NCBI GenBank assembly: GCA_002633005.1
Contig: NMRA01000312.1
Coordinates: forward strand, 62,001-126,000
Length of the DNA: 64,000 nucleotides
Direction: 5' to 3'
Source of the DNA: Phoronis australis
Taxonomy: Eukaryota; Animalia; Phoronida
Shown here: positions 13,541 through 25,856 of the stretch, in pieces
Layout: every line of letters begins with the position of its first letter
Position numbering within the stretch: position 1 is the first letter of the stretch
Notes under the pieces: generated by a model
Seen by the model: only the letters and a program-made list of their open reading frames with translations
Told to the model about the DNA's origin: nothing
Databases searched by the model: none
Position numbers and translations under genes: made by a program

Positions 13541-14229
13541 ACTTTCCCTCAACAGCCATTCATAGACGTGCAGGCTGAACGAAAAATGACCCGACCTGCA
13601 CGGCTCGCCCCCTCACTTCTCCCAAGCAGCAAGGTGCACTAAATAATTTCTCAATGAAATCAGGGGCTCCATCAGTGAATTTTGACCCGGCGACTCGATC
13701 AGAGTTGGCCGAAGTTCGATCAGTGCTCCATATGGCAATATCCTTTCTCCCACCCCCATGCGACGCTCTTGCGGGGTTCGAATGTACGGAAAGTTGCGAT
13801 CCGTATAGTGCGCGATCACGTGCTTGAGTTGTACTGGCATCAGTGATGCATTAAGTTTTGCGATATCCTCGTGGCTCTTGTGACTGCACTTGTCATTTTG
13901 CCGATAGATGTCACTCCACAGCTCTGCAAGGTGAAGGCCATGCATCGATTTCGGATAAGTGGAGGTTGCAGATGAGGAGCGCAAGATTTTGTGTAGTCAG
14001 CAGAAGTTTACTTACAACAAGGAGCTCAATACCGTAAGCAGTAAGTGGAGAGGGTTATTGCTAGAGTTTTAGACGTCAAACCCCCCTTTCTCCAGCGGTA
14101 TTCCAATTGTTTACATACCACTCGCGTGATTCTAGCCAGGGCAACGAGTCTTTCTTTGTTGAGTTTGAAGCCGAAGGTCAGTAGACACTACTCAATTTTC
14201 TATAAAGTTTATCGGCACTGGGGTCATTG

Positions 14230-14318
14230 ACCTGTCTGGAAGCAGTGACATTCACTGGAGCCACTTGTCGCGTTTGGCATAACAGAGCACGATTCTCAGG
14301 TTGATAGGGAAGGTGAGT
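14230..14318 (+). promoter_or_regulatory. putative non-coding first exon and splice donor of the renalase gene
   Basis: Strong donor AAG|GTGAGT at 14312/14313 at the edge of a CpG-rich zone. A matching acceptor cttttcacag| at 15883 lies 12 nt before the ATG. The exon start is approximate. Confidence 0.45.
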
Positions 14319-15894
14319 GTGAGGTTTATTGAACCTTTGGCTTTAGTAAAAATTTTTGCCTTTTGTTTAGGAGACACCTATCCGAGGCCTTCCTCGACCT
14401 GTGACTGTCTTACAATGTGTTGCTTGTCATTGAGCTCAAACCTAACATTCCAGATGAAATGTGTGAAAAGCCATACAACAGAAATAGTCTTGCATGTTAA
14501 ACTAAATGGATTAATGTCATTTTTTACTTGCCAGCCGCCACATATTTTATTTGAAGCTGTGCTAGATTAGCTACCTGGTATCAACTAGACAACAGCACAT
14601 AGCCAATATGTTGGAGGATTTTCTGCTTATCATACTTAACTCTGACTAAACTATCAGTCACAATATGTATGTAGATGGACACCTCAGGAGAAGAGTCTTT
14701 TAATCCCTTCAACTCGAGCAAGTAGGCTACTGTGGGTAAGCAACATTTTTGTAAATAGCTTTTCGTTTCCATCAAAAAAATCGTGAACTAATCCATTTCT
14801 GTTTTGATTGCACAACTGTGCATGTCTATAGCATGTAAATTTTTTAATCATTGTCAACATGATCTGGGGGTGGACCAATTACAACGCAGCTGTGCTGCTG
14901 CACTTCATTGATGCTCAAAATTAACTTGGTCATCAGAGTATCACCTCTTTTACCTTGAGGACAAAATGGCATCGTTGACTAATAAACTAATGAAGTACAC
15001 TCGTATTGGAAAAAACCTTGTTCGAGTCTCAAGGATTTAATTAAGAAATTAACTGCATCTAAAGGTGCCTTTCTATGCTCGAAATTTATATACAGTGATG
15101 TGACTTAGAATGTTTACCAGTGTAAGGCATAATTTGCAGAAAAGCTTCGAACATTGGTGGCCTTATGAGATGGCCGCTGTCTGAGCCAGTTTTGCTGGCC
15201 TAATTCTGACGGTGGTACTGCTTAATAATGCTAGAACTTGGAATAACACTTGATTTCATGATCACACACATGCATGAACTTAGAATTCCAAGTTCACTCA
15301 CTCAATACTGTTATAGTCTTTGCTGGCAGAATCATTGGTTTGGACATCAGCGATGTGACGGATGCTTTGTTTTAAAATATTTCTTTGATTGGATGGGGTC
15401 AATATGTAGCCCCGAATTGCTACTTGTTACCGTTGGTTGGACAGTAAAATTATATATGTCAAAGTTGAATTCAGTAAAAAAATGGGAAAATAAAGTTTCA
15501 CCTGTCTATTGTGAAATTGGTGTGTGACTGCACACTCATGGCAATGGGCTGATTGGTGTTCAGTAATACTGCTGAAGGTGTAGTCAGTCAAAACCAGTGT
15601 GTGTGAACCATTGCAAGGGATTTTTTTATCTATTTTACAACCTTCAAAACAGGCTGATTGAAATACCTGCAATTTTGTAGCCTTATGCAAATGCCTGGCA
15701 TTACTTATGATGGAAAGCTTACAGGGCATGTGCCCTGTTTCACCTTTCCTGTGAAAAGGTCTCCTTTGTAGACAGTCAGTGTTAAGAAGATGGCAGCTGT
15801 GTAGCTGCCTGATACGAAAAAAAAAATGTGCTTGTGAATGTTGTGAAGTAAATGAATCATGCTGTTGTACAATCTTTTCACAGCTTCTCGAACC

Positions 15895-16935
15895 ATGGCC
15901 AATTTGTTGATAGTGGGGGGAGGTGCTACGGGTGCGTTGACGGCAGCGCTGCTCCGCCAAAGTCTGCCCAAGATTGCGTCAATTCAAATATGGGAAAAGT
16001 CTCGTGGAACCGGTGGACGCATGAGCACGTCTCGGAATCCGGCCAATCCCAGTTGCTGCGTGGATATTGGTGCTCAATACGTCTCAGTCAGACCCGAGTA
16101 CCAAGAGGTCCATAAGCATGTTTATGATGAGCTCATCAAAGCGCAGTGTTTACAACCTTTGACGACAAAGATTGAGGGAGACAGGTTCGGTGAAGACACC
16201 AAGCATTATGTGGCACCCAGTGGCATGAACTCTGTGGTCAAGTATCTGATATCGATTTCTGGAGCCAAGGTCAACTTTGATCACCTAATTACAGAAATTG
16301 AAACAGTCGACCATGATCATTTGTGGAAAGTAAAAACGACCAACGACATCACAGATGTTTTTGATGCTGTTGTTCTAACCATTCCCGTTCCTCAAGTATT
16401 CGGCCTAAAAGGAAACCTGGAAGATATCTTTGACACCAACACTACCGTCAGAGATCAATTGGCAAAAGTGAGCTATTCTTCTCGCTATACGTTGGGTCTG
16501 TATTTCGAGCCAGGGGTAGAAGTCAAGTTGCCTTGGACTGCTAAATACTTCCCAGGAGCAGAGTGTATCGTTTTCATTTCTCACGACAATAGAAAGAGGG
16601 GTGTAGCTAACCCAGAAGGAGGCCATTCCATTGCAGTGCATACCGGCGTGCCTTACTCAATGAAGCATTTAGAGGAAGATCGAACAGTCGTGAAGGAAGA
16701 TGTCATGGCAGAATTGCGCAAGATTTTACCCGATTTACCCGAGCCGTCAGCGATCAAGTGCCAAAAATGGAGGTACTCTCAAGTCAGAGAGGGTGTCCCA
16801 GGGCAGCCAGGATGCATTGTCTTACACAGCAAGCCGTTATTAATTATTGGGGGAGATGCCTTTACGCATTCCAACTTCGATGGATGCATTAAGTCGGCGA
16901 CAAAAATTTGCGAGACCTTGAAGAGCGCTCTGTAA
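15895..16935 (+). CDS. RNLS: renalase-like FAD-dependent oxidoreductase (346 aa, intronless CDS)
   Basis: Rossmann motif LLIVGGGATG plus WEKSRGTGGRMSTSR, VDIGAQYV, QKWRYSQV and GGDAFTHSNFDGCIKSA, all typical of renalase. Start placed at accATGg (15895) rather than 15859 because of the Kozak context, the upstream acceptor and the position of the GxGxxG motif. Confidence 0.92.
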   Translation: MANLLIVGGGATGALTAALLRQSLPKIASIQIWEKSRGTGGRMSTSRNPANPSCCVDIGAQYVSVRPEYQEVHKHVYDELIKAQCLQPLTTKIEGDRFGEDTKHYVAPSGMNSVVKYLISISGAKVNFDHLITEIETVDHDHLWKVKTTNDITDVFDAVVLTIPVPQVFGLKGNLEDIFDTNTTVRDQLAKVSYSSRYTLGLYFEPGVEVKLPWTAKYFPGAECIVFISHDNRKRGVANPEGGHSIAVHTGVPYSMKHLEEDRTVVKEDVMAELRKILPDLPEPSAIKCQKWRYSQVREGVPGQPGCIVLHSKPLLIIGGDAFTHSNFDGCIKSATKICETLKSAL

Positions 16936-17368
16936 AAAGTCTGTCTTTTGTTAGAGAAACATTATTTTGTGAGATTGAGTTTCTTTGTCAAAATTTTGTG
17001 AGATTTTGAACCAACTCGAAATTAAAGTCTGAGGATGGACTGAATTAAAAGATTTGAATTATGGTAATTTAATCTATGCATTTTGACATGATATATTTTA
17101 TACTGGATCACAGTTTTATGAATCAAAGTGTAACAAGACAATCATGTTCATTGTTGAATTCTTTGAAGAGAAACTGTTCAGTGATAAAACAGTTAAGGTT
17201 TTAGAGAAGTAAGATCAGCAAAATGATATTATTTCACTCAGTTCAAGGCCAGAAGCAACCTTCATGTTTTCTCATATTTCAGGCGCACATTTTGTTCAGA
17301 AATGGAATGAATTAATCTAGTCAAGATTTCACAAGTTGTCTTAGTATATGGAAAATGTGGTAATTCAC

Positions 17369-17374
17369 AATAAA
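17369..17374 (+). terminator. candidate polyadenylation signal for renalase
   Basis: AATAAA ~430 nt after the stop. Confidence 0.35.
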
Positions 17375-17480
17375 CGTATTTGCTATTTAAATATGCTTAT
17401 GGCAATTTATTTGAAATCTGTGCCCAGCAAGAAATGATAGTTACGTTAAGACAGTGAGAAAATATAGATAAATTCATATA

Positions 17481-17934
17481 GGGCTGTTCCAGAAGTCCGT
17501 ATGGGAGGGGGTAGGAGACAGCAATGGAAATAAAAATTCATGGGTGGTGGTCTTGCAAGAAGTATGGCATTATTTAGTTTTTGGCAAGACAGGTTGATTA
17601 TCTCAAAAAGTTCTAGGCACAACTGGAAATTTAGCAAAAAAATGAAAAGCAGGGATGGATGCATTGACAGAAGTCATTTTCGTTTTGATTCGACCACCTT
17701 CTTGGCTACTTGAGTTTTTGACAACATTGGACAAGAAAACTAGTTCTTGTCTATCGATCATATAAGTTCTTAACAGGTCATCCTGGAGGCAATTTGTTTG
17801 CAAGTGTTGGATTTTATATTTTAACCTAATAATTAAAAATTATGGGTTGTGGGTTGGAGAAATAAATGAAAAATATTGGCGGTGGGTACGAAATAAAAGT
17901 GCCTTCCCCCATACAGTTTTTGCTGGAGCAGCCC
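17481..17934. mobile_element. MITE-like element
   Basis: Inverted ends GGGCTGTTCCAG / CTGGAGCAGCCC and sub-terminal GTATGGG / CCCATAC, in TA-rich flanks. Confidence 0.55.
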
Positions 17935-18018
17935 TTACAATACATTCCAGACAGTAACAGCCCTTACAATACATTCCAGACAGTAACAGCCCTTACAATA
18001 CATTCCAGACAGTAACAG
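17929..18018. repeat. 29-bp tandem repeat x3
   Basis: Unit CAGCCCTTACAATACATTCCAGACAGTAA, starting at the MITE end. Confidence 0.95.
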
Positions 18019-19124
18019 TTTTAAATTCATGCAGAAAATTAAGTTAATCATCCAATCCTTAGACTGTCGTCAAATATCAAAATAATGCGATTTCCAGCAC
18101 ATCACAAGAAATCCAATTTGATGCCAGTTCCTTGAAATGACCTTTATCAAAAGCGCAGCTACCATATAGAGTGGAACTGTGTAACAACCATCCTGCTCTT
18201 ACAAGGAATGCTTATAATGTTTTATTTTACAAGTCCCAAGCCAGTGTTTTAACAACTGCGAAAAAATTCTTCAATTGGGGACAAAAATAATTGCTAAACT
18301 TGCCATATTTGTTTTTTTGCAGAGGTGTACCATATTGTTACAAATGCTCAAAATTTCACCAAACGTTATTTGGTAATAGCTATGCCGTACAAACCATGCT
18401 AAAAATAAAGTAGAATTTCCAGTAATGTTTTTGTTGAGGAATTTGACAAAATGAAATTCCACCCATCTGCCACAAACTGAAGACTGCTTACTGTACACAA
18501 TTTTATGTAATATGAATAAGTAATCTAGGATGAATCCAGGTAATTATTTGAATAATTGCATATTTATCCACTACGTCTCACGCTCTCATGCTCATTATGA
18601 GTTTTAAATAAAGCTACATAGACACCTTGCCAAGGCTAGTAACCACTAATAATGCACATGTTTACTGATTTAGAATTAAAACTGACTTCACAAGTATACA
18701 TAGATTTGAGAATCAAAATGGAAAAAACGCCATTTGATATGCATTATATAATGTAGGAGACTGACGTTTTAATTCAGAAAAAACAGATTGATTGAAAGTG
18801 GCGTTTTAACAATACAGTTTGTTGATTGCTGGGTTCATGTCATTGCTGAATTTATTTAAAAATAAGTCCATATATCCATCACTCGTTGGCAGTGAAAAGT
18901 TTCACTAAGCAGGCAAATACAGAGCAGTGATAGCAATAACAGTTGCTCATAGGATGAACATTCTACCACAGTCTGAATAATGTACAGTTGCGGGGCCCAT
19001 TCCTTGAAATTTATCTTTGCTACAAAAATGTTCAGACTGGTGACTGGATATAAAGAGCATTGCTCAACAATTAACGATATGGGTGATGGCGTGATGCGAC
19101 TTGCTACTCAAGTATCCATTGTCC

Positions 19125-19509
19125 GGTTGCATGAAACAGTCCCAAATAGGGACTCGGCTAAGTTCCCTAAATCTACTGCGTATTTGTGGACTTGTGGAAA
19201 CACTGTTTGTCTTATCATATGCTGTTTGATTATCATTACTATGCCAATTTTTTGATACAAATCGAAAGTGAACTCTATACTGAATTCTCAATAATATTGA
19301 AAATAAGTAGGAATATTTTCATGCAACGCCCCCAAATATTTTGATTGGATTAAGGGCTCAGTTTTAGTTATATTATTAGAAAATGTCATTAGTCAAAGAA
19401 GAGCTCATAATAAAGATAAAATTGTAGAAAAATATTACATCAGTGCCTAAATAACGAAACAAATACGAAAAAGATTAAGGGAACTTAGTTGGGACTGTTC
19501 CATGCAACC
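19125..19509. mobile_element. MITE-like element
   Basis: Left end GGTTGCATGAAACAGTCCCAA...CTAAGTTCCCT is inverted at the right end as AGGGAACTTAG...TTGGGACTGTTCCATGCAACC. Confidence 0.65.
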
Positions 19510-19816
19510 AGCCACACAAACCTGCATTTTGTCTAAGAGGAGAAGTTTGTAATGAACTGATGTTTGTCATTTTTTGGACCAAATTCAGAGCCGTACCTCG
19601 ACTGCACTGCCAATTCTTTCAAAGCCTGGAATCACCTCCAGTTTGACAAAGATGCAATATGAGACTAATTTCGGCAATTGGTGTAAAACGATGGCTCAGT
19701 ATTGTTGAAGATAATCTTTGAAAGTAATAATGGGACCATAATTACAAATTAATAAACCTGGATAAATAGCAGTTCATTCATCTAAAATGCTTTCTGCGGT
19801 TAGGACAGCATGGTTT

Positions 19817-19980
19817 TCAGTTAGTCTGGAATATGAACTTGGCACTCTTCTCTTTTGCGACCTGCTTGTTCTTGTGTTTCAACTTGTCCATTATGGCAGC
19901 ACTCTCCGTTTCAATGTTGTAGTAATCGCTGAACCATTCCAGCATTCCTTCAATCTTCAAATGCAGCTCATTGGACGAAT
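19817..19980 (-). CDS. PKD1-like last coding exon (C-terminal tail)
   Basis: DSSNELHLKIEGMLEWFSDYY...KFIFQTN*; phase-1 acceptor matches the previous exon. Confidence 0.75.
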
Positions 19981-20321
19981 CTAAGAAAAATACATGGAAA
20001 CATGGTGATTGAAACTAAGTGTCCTGCAGTGGCAATATGGCGAAGAGTTGGCTGCTTTCTGATTGGCATGAAGCAAGTTCACTGACTGATAACGGTAGCA
20101 GTTACCAAGCTAATAACTGCAAAACTACCGGTATGTACACAGGCAAAATGCCTAACGTATGCTTTCACAGTCCACAAAATATTCTTTTAAAAAAGTGAGT
20201 CAAAGTGTGTCGCTGAGGACCCCGGTTCTCAGACAAAGTTTAAGTAGGTCACCCAATAAAAATACCAAAACTGGGCTAACTTTGCAATATCATATTTTCC
20301 AAACTTCTGATCAGATTCACA

Positions 20322-20443
20322 TTGAACATGTTCAGATATTATTTGCTTTGAACATGTTCAGATACTATTCACTTTGAACATGTTCAGATACTATTCACTT
20401 TGAACATGTTCAGATACTATTCACTTTAAAACATGTTCAGATA
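20322..20443. repeat. 26-bp minisatellite x~4.7 containing palindrome TGAACATGTTCA
   Basis: Units start at 20322, 20348, 20374, 20400 and 20426. Confidence 0.95.
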
Positions 20444-20756
20444 CAAAGCATTGCTCTCCAACATGCTTTTAGGGATTCTTTTCAAAATGTTCCAATTTTA
20501 CATGAGAGCGATCAAACATGGGACTTATGATTTTTATGAAAAAAATCAAAACTTGCATAGATGAAAACGACTGAAAATTTAGAAAACTATAGCAGTATTG
20601 CTCCAGTGACTATTGCCAAGAATAGCTGAATGAATGATCCCGTGATATGGTTTGCAAAATCCGACCAGGTATTCACCTTTGACATTTTCCATGAGCTTTT
20701 ACACAAGTCTTGTTTATTTTTTATCACTTTTCACAAAGCGTGGTTCTACAACATAC

Positions 20757-21026
20757 CATCCACAAATCCGTCATCAGTGTCGCCAAAGTTAAGGCGAGTC
20801 CCCGTGCCAAAGCCAAACAGAGATTTGAAGCGTGACATCATAAAGCTAACGATCTCATAGTCGTTCTTCTCACGAATCGTCTCCCACTTGACGATGGAGA
20901 AAGCATCACAGATCATGGAGAGGAAGAAGTTAAGCAGCATGAACGTTACAAAGATGACAAATGAGAGGAACACCAGCGGTGCAAACACTGGGTTGGCCTG
21001 GGACAGGGAGTTGTAGTCAAACTTGT
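20757..21026 (-). CDS. PKD1-like exon (pore loop and last TM helix)
   Basis: KFDYNSLSQANPVFAPLVFLSFVIFVTFMLLNFFLSMICDAF...DYEIVSFM. Confidence 0.9.
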
Positions 21027-21144
21027 CTGCAATGAAAGTAAGAGGAAGACTATTGAGAGTGTGGTAAATACAGTATTATACCAATATAATCATACAAAAT
21101 ACAGTACTATACAAATTAAAGTAATCATACAAAATTTATTTTAC

Positions 21145-21260
21145 CATCATGGCAGCTAATTCTGTTAACAGTATAAATAACTATTAGGGCGACAAAATTC
21201 TAATTACAAAATCAGTTAGCCACCTTACTTTATAGCCAACTTTCCTGTTAATTCCCCTTC
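21145..21260. repeat. dispersed repeat, copy 1 (related sequence inverted at ~24375-24480 and ~53470-53595)
   Basis: Shared CATGGCAGCTAA.TCTGTTAACAG, GACAAAATTCTAATT and AACTTTCCTGTT blocks. Confidence 0.6.
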
Positions 21261-21801
21261 ATTCTCGGTTATGAGGGGACACAACTCTGACAATAAATTC
21301 AGCTTCCACCCAGTCGTCATGACAGGTAATTATGGGTCATTTTGTCTGAATACTTTTGTCTTGTACCGTATGCCAGCGGGGTGATCGCTGGATAAGTTTA
21401 GGACTAATCAAGAGTGAAAGCTAAGACAGTTTAACAATCTCACAGTTTTAACTATCAAGAATATTAAAAATAAAATAGACAGTCATAACATTCATACTGA
21501 GCAGCATTATTTTACAATCTTGACCAGCGGTCAACAGTGGATAAACATTGAGAGAACAGGAGATTCCACCAATGCAACAATACATAATTATGACATAGTA
21601 GTGATTACTGGTACCCACAGGAACATCTCTTGATTCACGTGCACATGTCATAATACCATTTCTTCACTACTCCAAACTTTTTCTTTTAAATATGGTGCCT
21701 GCTACACAATTCATAACGCATGACCTTAGTAATCTCCGACGTCCTTCACAACATGTGTCTAGAATCTCCAACAATATTCGGTTTGTCTAGGAAGCACTTA
21801 C

Positions 21802-22057
21802 TCAACATCATACTGAAGAGCGTCTCCGCAGCTTTGATGAAAGTGCTGAAGCTGAGAAGCGTGCGTCCAAAGATAATGAATGTGGCCACGGTGTACGCCA
21901 TGAACACCACCAAAAAGACGACACAGAAAGAGGCGATGGGACCAGCGGCCAGCGCCAGGGTGCGTCCCAGCATGCTCATCTTCTTGTTGAAGCGCAGTAG
22001 CTTCAGGCACTTAATGGTGGCTGTAAATATGATGAAAGCGACCACGTAGCCAAACAC
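21802..22057 (-). CDS. PKD1-like exon (channel S4-S5 and pore helix)
   Basis: VFGYVVAFIIFTATIKCLKLLRFNKKMSMLGRTL...FSTFIKAAETLFSMML. Confidence 0.92.
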
Positions 22058-23298
22058 CTGCAAAATATTGGCAAATACAATGTCTAAGTCAAAGTCTCAG
22101 TCCACATGTTTTATTTAAAGTCAGATTTAGAAAACGTAAACACGAGATAGTCCTTTATCAGATATTAGTTTCTTCTAAAGCTGTATTGAGTGCGCCGTTG
22201 TTTAGGTAATACGACTATTAACATGGGACATTCTGTTTCATGCAAAAAACTGTCAAATGTTTTAATTAAATTTGTCATCCTCACAAAATGATTATATTGA
22301 GGTCAGAGGTCAGCATGGAGCTGAGCTGATATGTGTAACTTTTGGCTTATAATAAACCATGTCTTATTTTATCTTACTTTGACCTGCCGATGTAGCACTT
22401 GACATAACTAAGATTTGTCTATACAACCCATTTTGTGGTTTTTCACTCATTTTGTGATATTTGTAATGCGCAAATCGAACTGCAATTATCTCATTATGGA
22501 CAAGATTTCGTCATGTAAGATATTACAGTTAATCCCTCTTCAATTCCATGCGAAAGTTATTAGCATAGCAATTTTCTCACTTTCAAAGGGCCAGGATTTG
22601 ATAAAAAGCAAAATATTTTACCATAAAGGAGGTACAACAGTTCAAGATATTACGCTAATGACGAAGCCAATTTCTTCTCATTTATTTTTTAACGAAAAAT
22701 TTGACAAAATAAAATTCTGCAATTCTGTCACCTTGTTTGTTCTGAAGAAAACTGATATTTAAGCTCAAGTCAATCAACTATTAATTGTAAACAAGTTAAA
22801 ATTTACAGTCAAGATCATTAAGCTATGACAAGAAAACAACCCAAAGGTGGCACAGTGCCAATGGCGGACATATTTTTGCATGACAAAGATAATGCGTCCA
22901 CATATAAATATGTGGGCGCATAAAAAGTCATAAAGCATAATGTGCATTCATTGCTAACAACAAAAAAGTGAACCTGCTGAAATGTTCCTAATGGAAGAGC
23001 AGCATTGTGGGTAACCAGTGCCCTTTTCTAAGGATGCCTCCTAATTTGATCAGAGCCAGGTCAATCTGAAGTGCGTTCTGTAGACCAAAGGAAATTGCGA
23101 AACACTATTGGTGAGAAATCTTTTCTATGAAAAGGAGCCCTTGAGAAACACTCACCTCTCACTTGTGAGATTTTGCTTGGTCATATGTGATCTTGCTTTT
23201 ATGCGAGTTTGTCAAGTCTACGAAATTCACCCCTACCTTTACGTTTGATTTAGTTTTAACTCTACTTTGTATTCTGTGCATCACCCTCTTTCCCTTAC

Positions 23299-23457
23299 CT
23301 CGTCCCAGCCTGCCGTCCACTGGAAGTTAATGAAGGCCGTGCGATCTTCTTTGTAACGATTCATCAGGATGATGGCCAACACGAAGCGGTAAAAGAACAT
23401 GACCACAGCAGTGATCATGAGACACGTGACTGCAAACTCCATCTTATTCCAGAAGTC
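23299..23457 (-). CDS. PKD1-like exon (channel S3)
   Basis: DFWNKMEFAVTCLMITAVVMFFYRF...FINFQWTAGWDE; not in the ORF track. Confidence 0.9.
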
Positions 23458-23969
23458 CTAAAAGCAGAGAAGACAACATTAATGATTCGGGGAGAAATCA
23501 AAAAGGGACCGAATCCAAACTGAGAAGTTATTGTTCCTTTTCGATACATGCTATCTTTGCCAGGGTAAAAACATATTAAATATAAAAAGAACTGAATGAT
23601 TACTTTTCATCCAAAATTAACTGTACAAAATAACATACATGTTTGGCTATATGAAACTGATAATAGCCAGAAAGCACATGACTCAAAAGAACTACATTCA
23701 TTGGATTTAGGAGGTACATTATTTAATTATGTAGGAATGAATATCCAGATAATTTTTCCATTGTCTAGCATTGCCCAAGACCGAAAGAAAAATTAAAACC
23801 CTTTAGTTTTGGTTAAAAAGAACAAATGGGGGCTACTCTGTTGCTCAGCAAGATGGCTGTTACTACATCTGTCCATCAGAAATGCAAAAACTTGAAAAGA
23901 ACAACACATTTGACTTAAACATGGTTAGGCACAACGTTGTCTTAAAACCTTCCAGCTGTTGACACACAC

Positions 23970-24133
23970 CTTGAAGTAGTTGCGTAAACCATCCTTCTTT
24001 ATCTTCAATATCTCGCGCACCATGTAGAATATGGTAAAACAGATGGTTAGAAACTCGGCCACCAGGACAGTCAGCATTCCTGGACCCATCTGATCCAGAC
24101 GCATGATGTAGAACTTGTACATGGGATAGATGG
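23970..24133 (-). CDS. PKD1-like exon (channel S2)
   Basis: AIYPMYKFYIMRLD...AEFLTICFTIFYMVREILKIKKDGLRNYFK. Confidence 0.88.
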
Positions 24134-24982
24134 CTACCAAGACAAACAAACGTGCAGCGTGTTTGAAACATTTGTGGAGTATCATTCCTGAGCAGGCTAC
24201 GCATGTAACATCTAAGCAAAAGATGCAGTACAAGCCAAAAGCATTCAGTCAAAATGACTCAAAATTCCCCGTCATTATGGCTGAGCAGAATCTGAATTCA
24301 TCACCGGAGTTATTTCCCCTGATGACTGAGAATGAAGGGAATTAACAGGAGTCAGTAAAGTGTGCAAGCCATACTGTAATTAGAATTTTTACACATTAAT
24401 AATAATTAATAGTAATTAATAGTAATTATCAGGAATTACCAGTAATTTTTTTCTGTTAACAGCATAAAATGTCATGACGGGAACATGATATTTTGTCCGA
24501 TTACTTTCGTCTTGTACTGCATAGGAATCTTCTAATTGGCCAAAAGTTTCTTTGCGAGACTTTTCAAGTTGGCTGTTTTTTTCTAAGAACATGTCTTAGA
24601 AAAAACTTTTCCATTTGTTACTATGCACTTTTCGTTAGTCATCTGCTTATGCTATCTAGATGCAGTATAATTTTGTAGAATTTGATCAACATCAGTAAGG
24701 ATCACAAACATTTTTAAGTCTGGTCTGCAAGCCACCTATTGGCCACATCACATGACCTAATGGACATAAGTCCGACAAGATTTCTGCCCCCAACCAGGAC
24801 GTGCAGAACAGACTTAAAAATGTTGGTGATCTATTTCCACACAGGTTTAAGATTTACATAGGCTTATACATATCAGTAAGGATCAATGCCTGAGAGTGTC
24901 TTCACAACAATTTGAGGATGATTTAGCGTTTAAGCATAAATCTCATGATGATGACATCCTTCTGTTGGTAAAAATCAAATTA

Positions 24983-25073
24983 AAATGATTTAGGTTACTA
25001 TGCAAATGATTTAGGTTAGTATGCAAATGATTTAGGTTAGTATGCAAATGATTTAGGTTAATATGCAAATGAT
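24983..25073. repeat. 21-bp minisatellite x4 containing ATGCAAAT
   Basis: Unit AAATGATTTAGGTTAGTATGC. Confidence 0.95.
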
Positions 25074-25466
25074 GACACAAGTCTAAAAGGCACATCCTAA
25101 AATAGCACAGCACCACTCCCTATATAGTTTTTACCCACGACGCAACACATGGGTCAAAAACTTGTTCTGCTACTTCACTTCACATGAAAATGTATTAGTA
25201 ACTATCTCATATCCTAATTATAATAATAATTCATGACCGTATTGTTTTACTGCACTTTGAGATGTAATGCTGATGATAAGAAATTAGCAAAAGTACCAAC
25301 ATCAGCGCTAAAGGGGCAATGTATTCTTCTATTTAGTTAACTAACTCATGAGTCCTTCACATTTCGAAAAGTAAGTCAGTCATGCAAAGCATTTTCAACC
25401 TCCTCGAAAGAGAACAGTTCCACCCACGACAGACCTATTACTGTCTGCCCAGTCTTAGAGACATAC

Positions 25467-25745
25467 CTCCAGTTGGTAACAGTTCCAGTAACATGAAGGA
25501 GACCGCATGCAGGTTAACTTGTGGATTGTACAAAACAAATTCCACAAAGATTGCACGGGCACTCGAGTCCAGCCAATTGTTGTTCTTGAGATAAGCAAGT
25601 ACACTGCGAGCCTTCTCTTTTGTAGTGCCCAAGTTGGCGGTGAAGCCTCCACCGGCGTATGTTGCTAGGTTACCTGTGTACGGGTAGCCATCGAGTGCGG
25701 AGTGGTTCTGCCAGTAAAACCCCTCATCTGGTCGATCACGCACAT
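25467..25745 (-). CDS. PKD1-like exon (TOP/polycystin domain)
   Basis: GNLATYAGGGF...LKNNNWLDSSARAIFVEFVLYNPQVNL...ELLPTG. Confidence 0.95.
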
Positions 25746-25856
25746 CTACAAGATGATAACTGAGATCACAAGAGCAGTCTAATGTTGTTTGTTTTCAATA
25801 GTTTGACTCCAGTCATTCAACACAGAATATGGCATGCACACTGAAGCAAGATTAAC

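Noticed and set aside
15859-15894. Upstream ATG extending renalase by 12 aa
   Set aside because: It lies in the branch/polypyrimidine region of a probable intron; the ATG at 15895 fits the Kozak context and the family N-terminus.
22225-22900. Possible MITE with ends GGACATTCTGTTTCATGCAAAAA / TTTTTGCATGACAAAGATAATGCGTCC
   Set aside because: The inverted match is short and gapped and no target duplication is evident, so it is not called.
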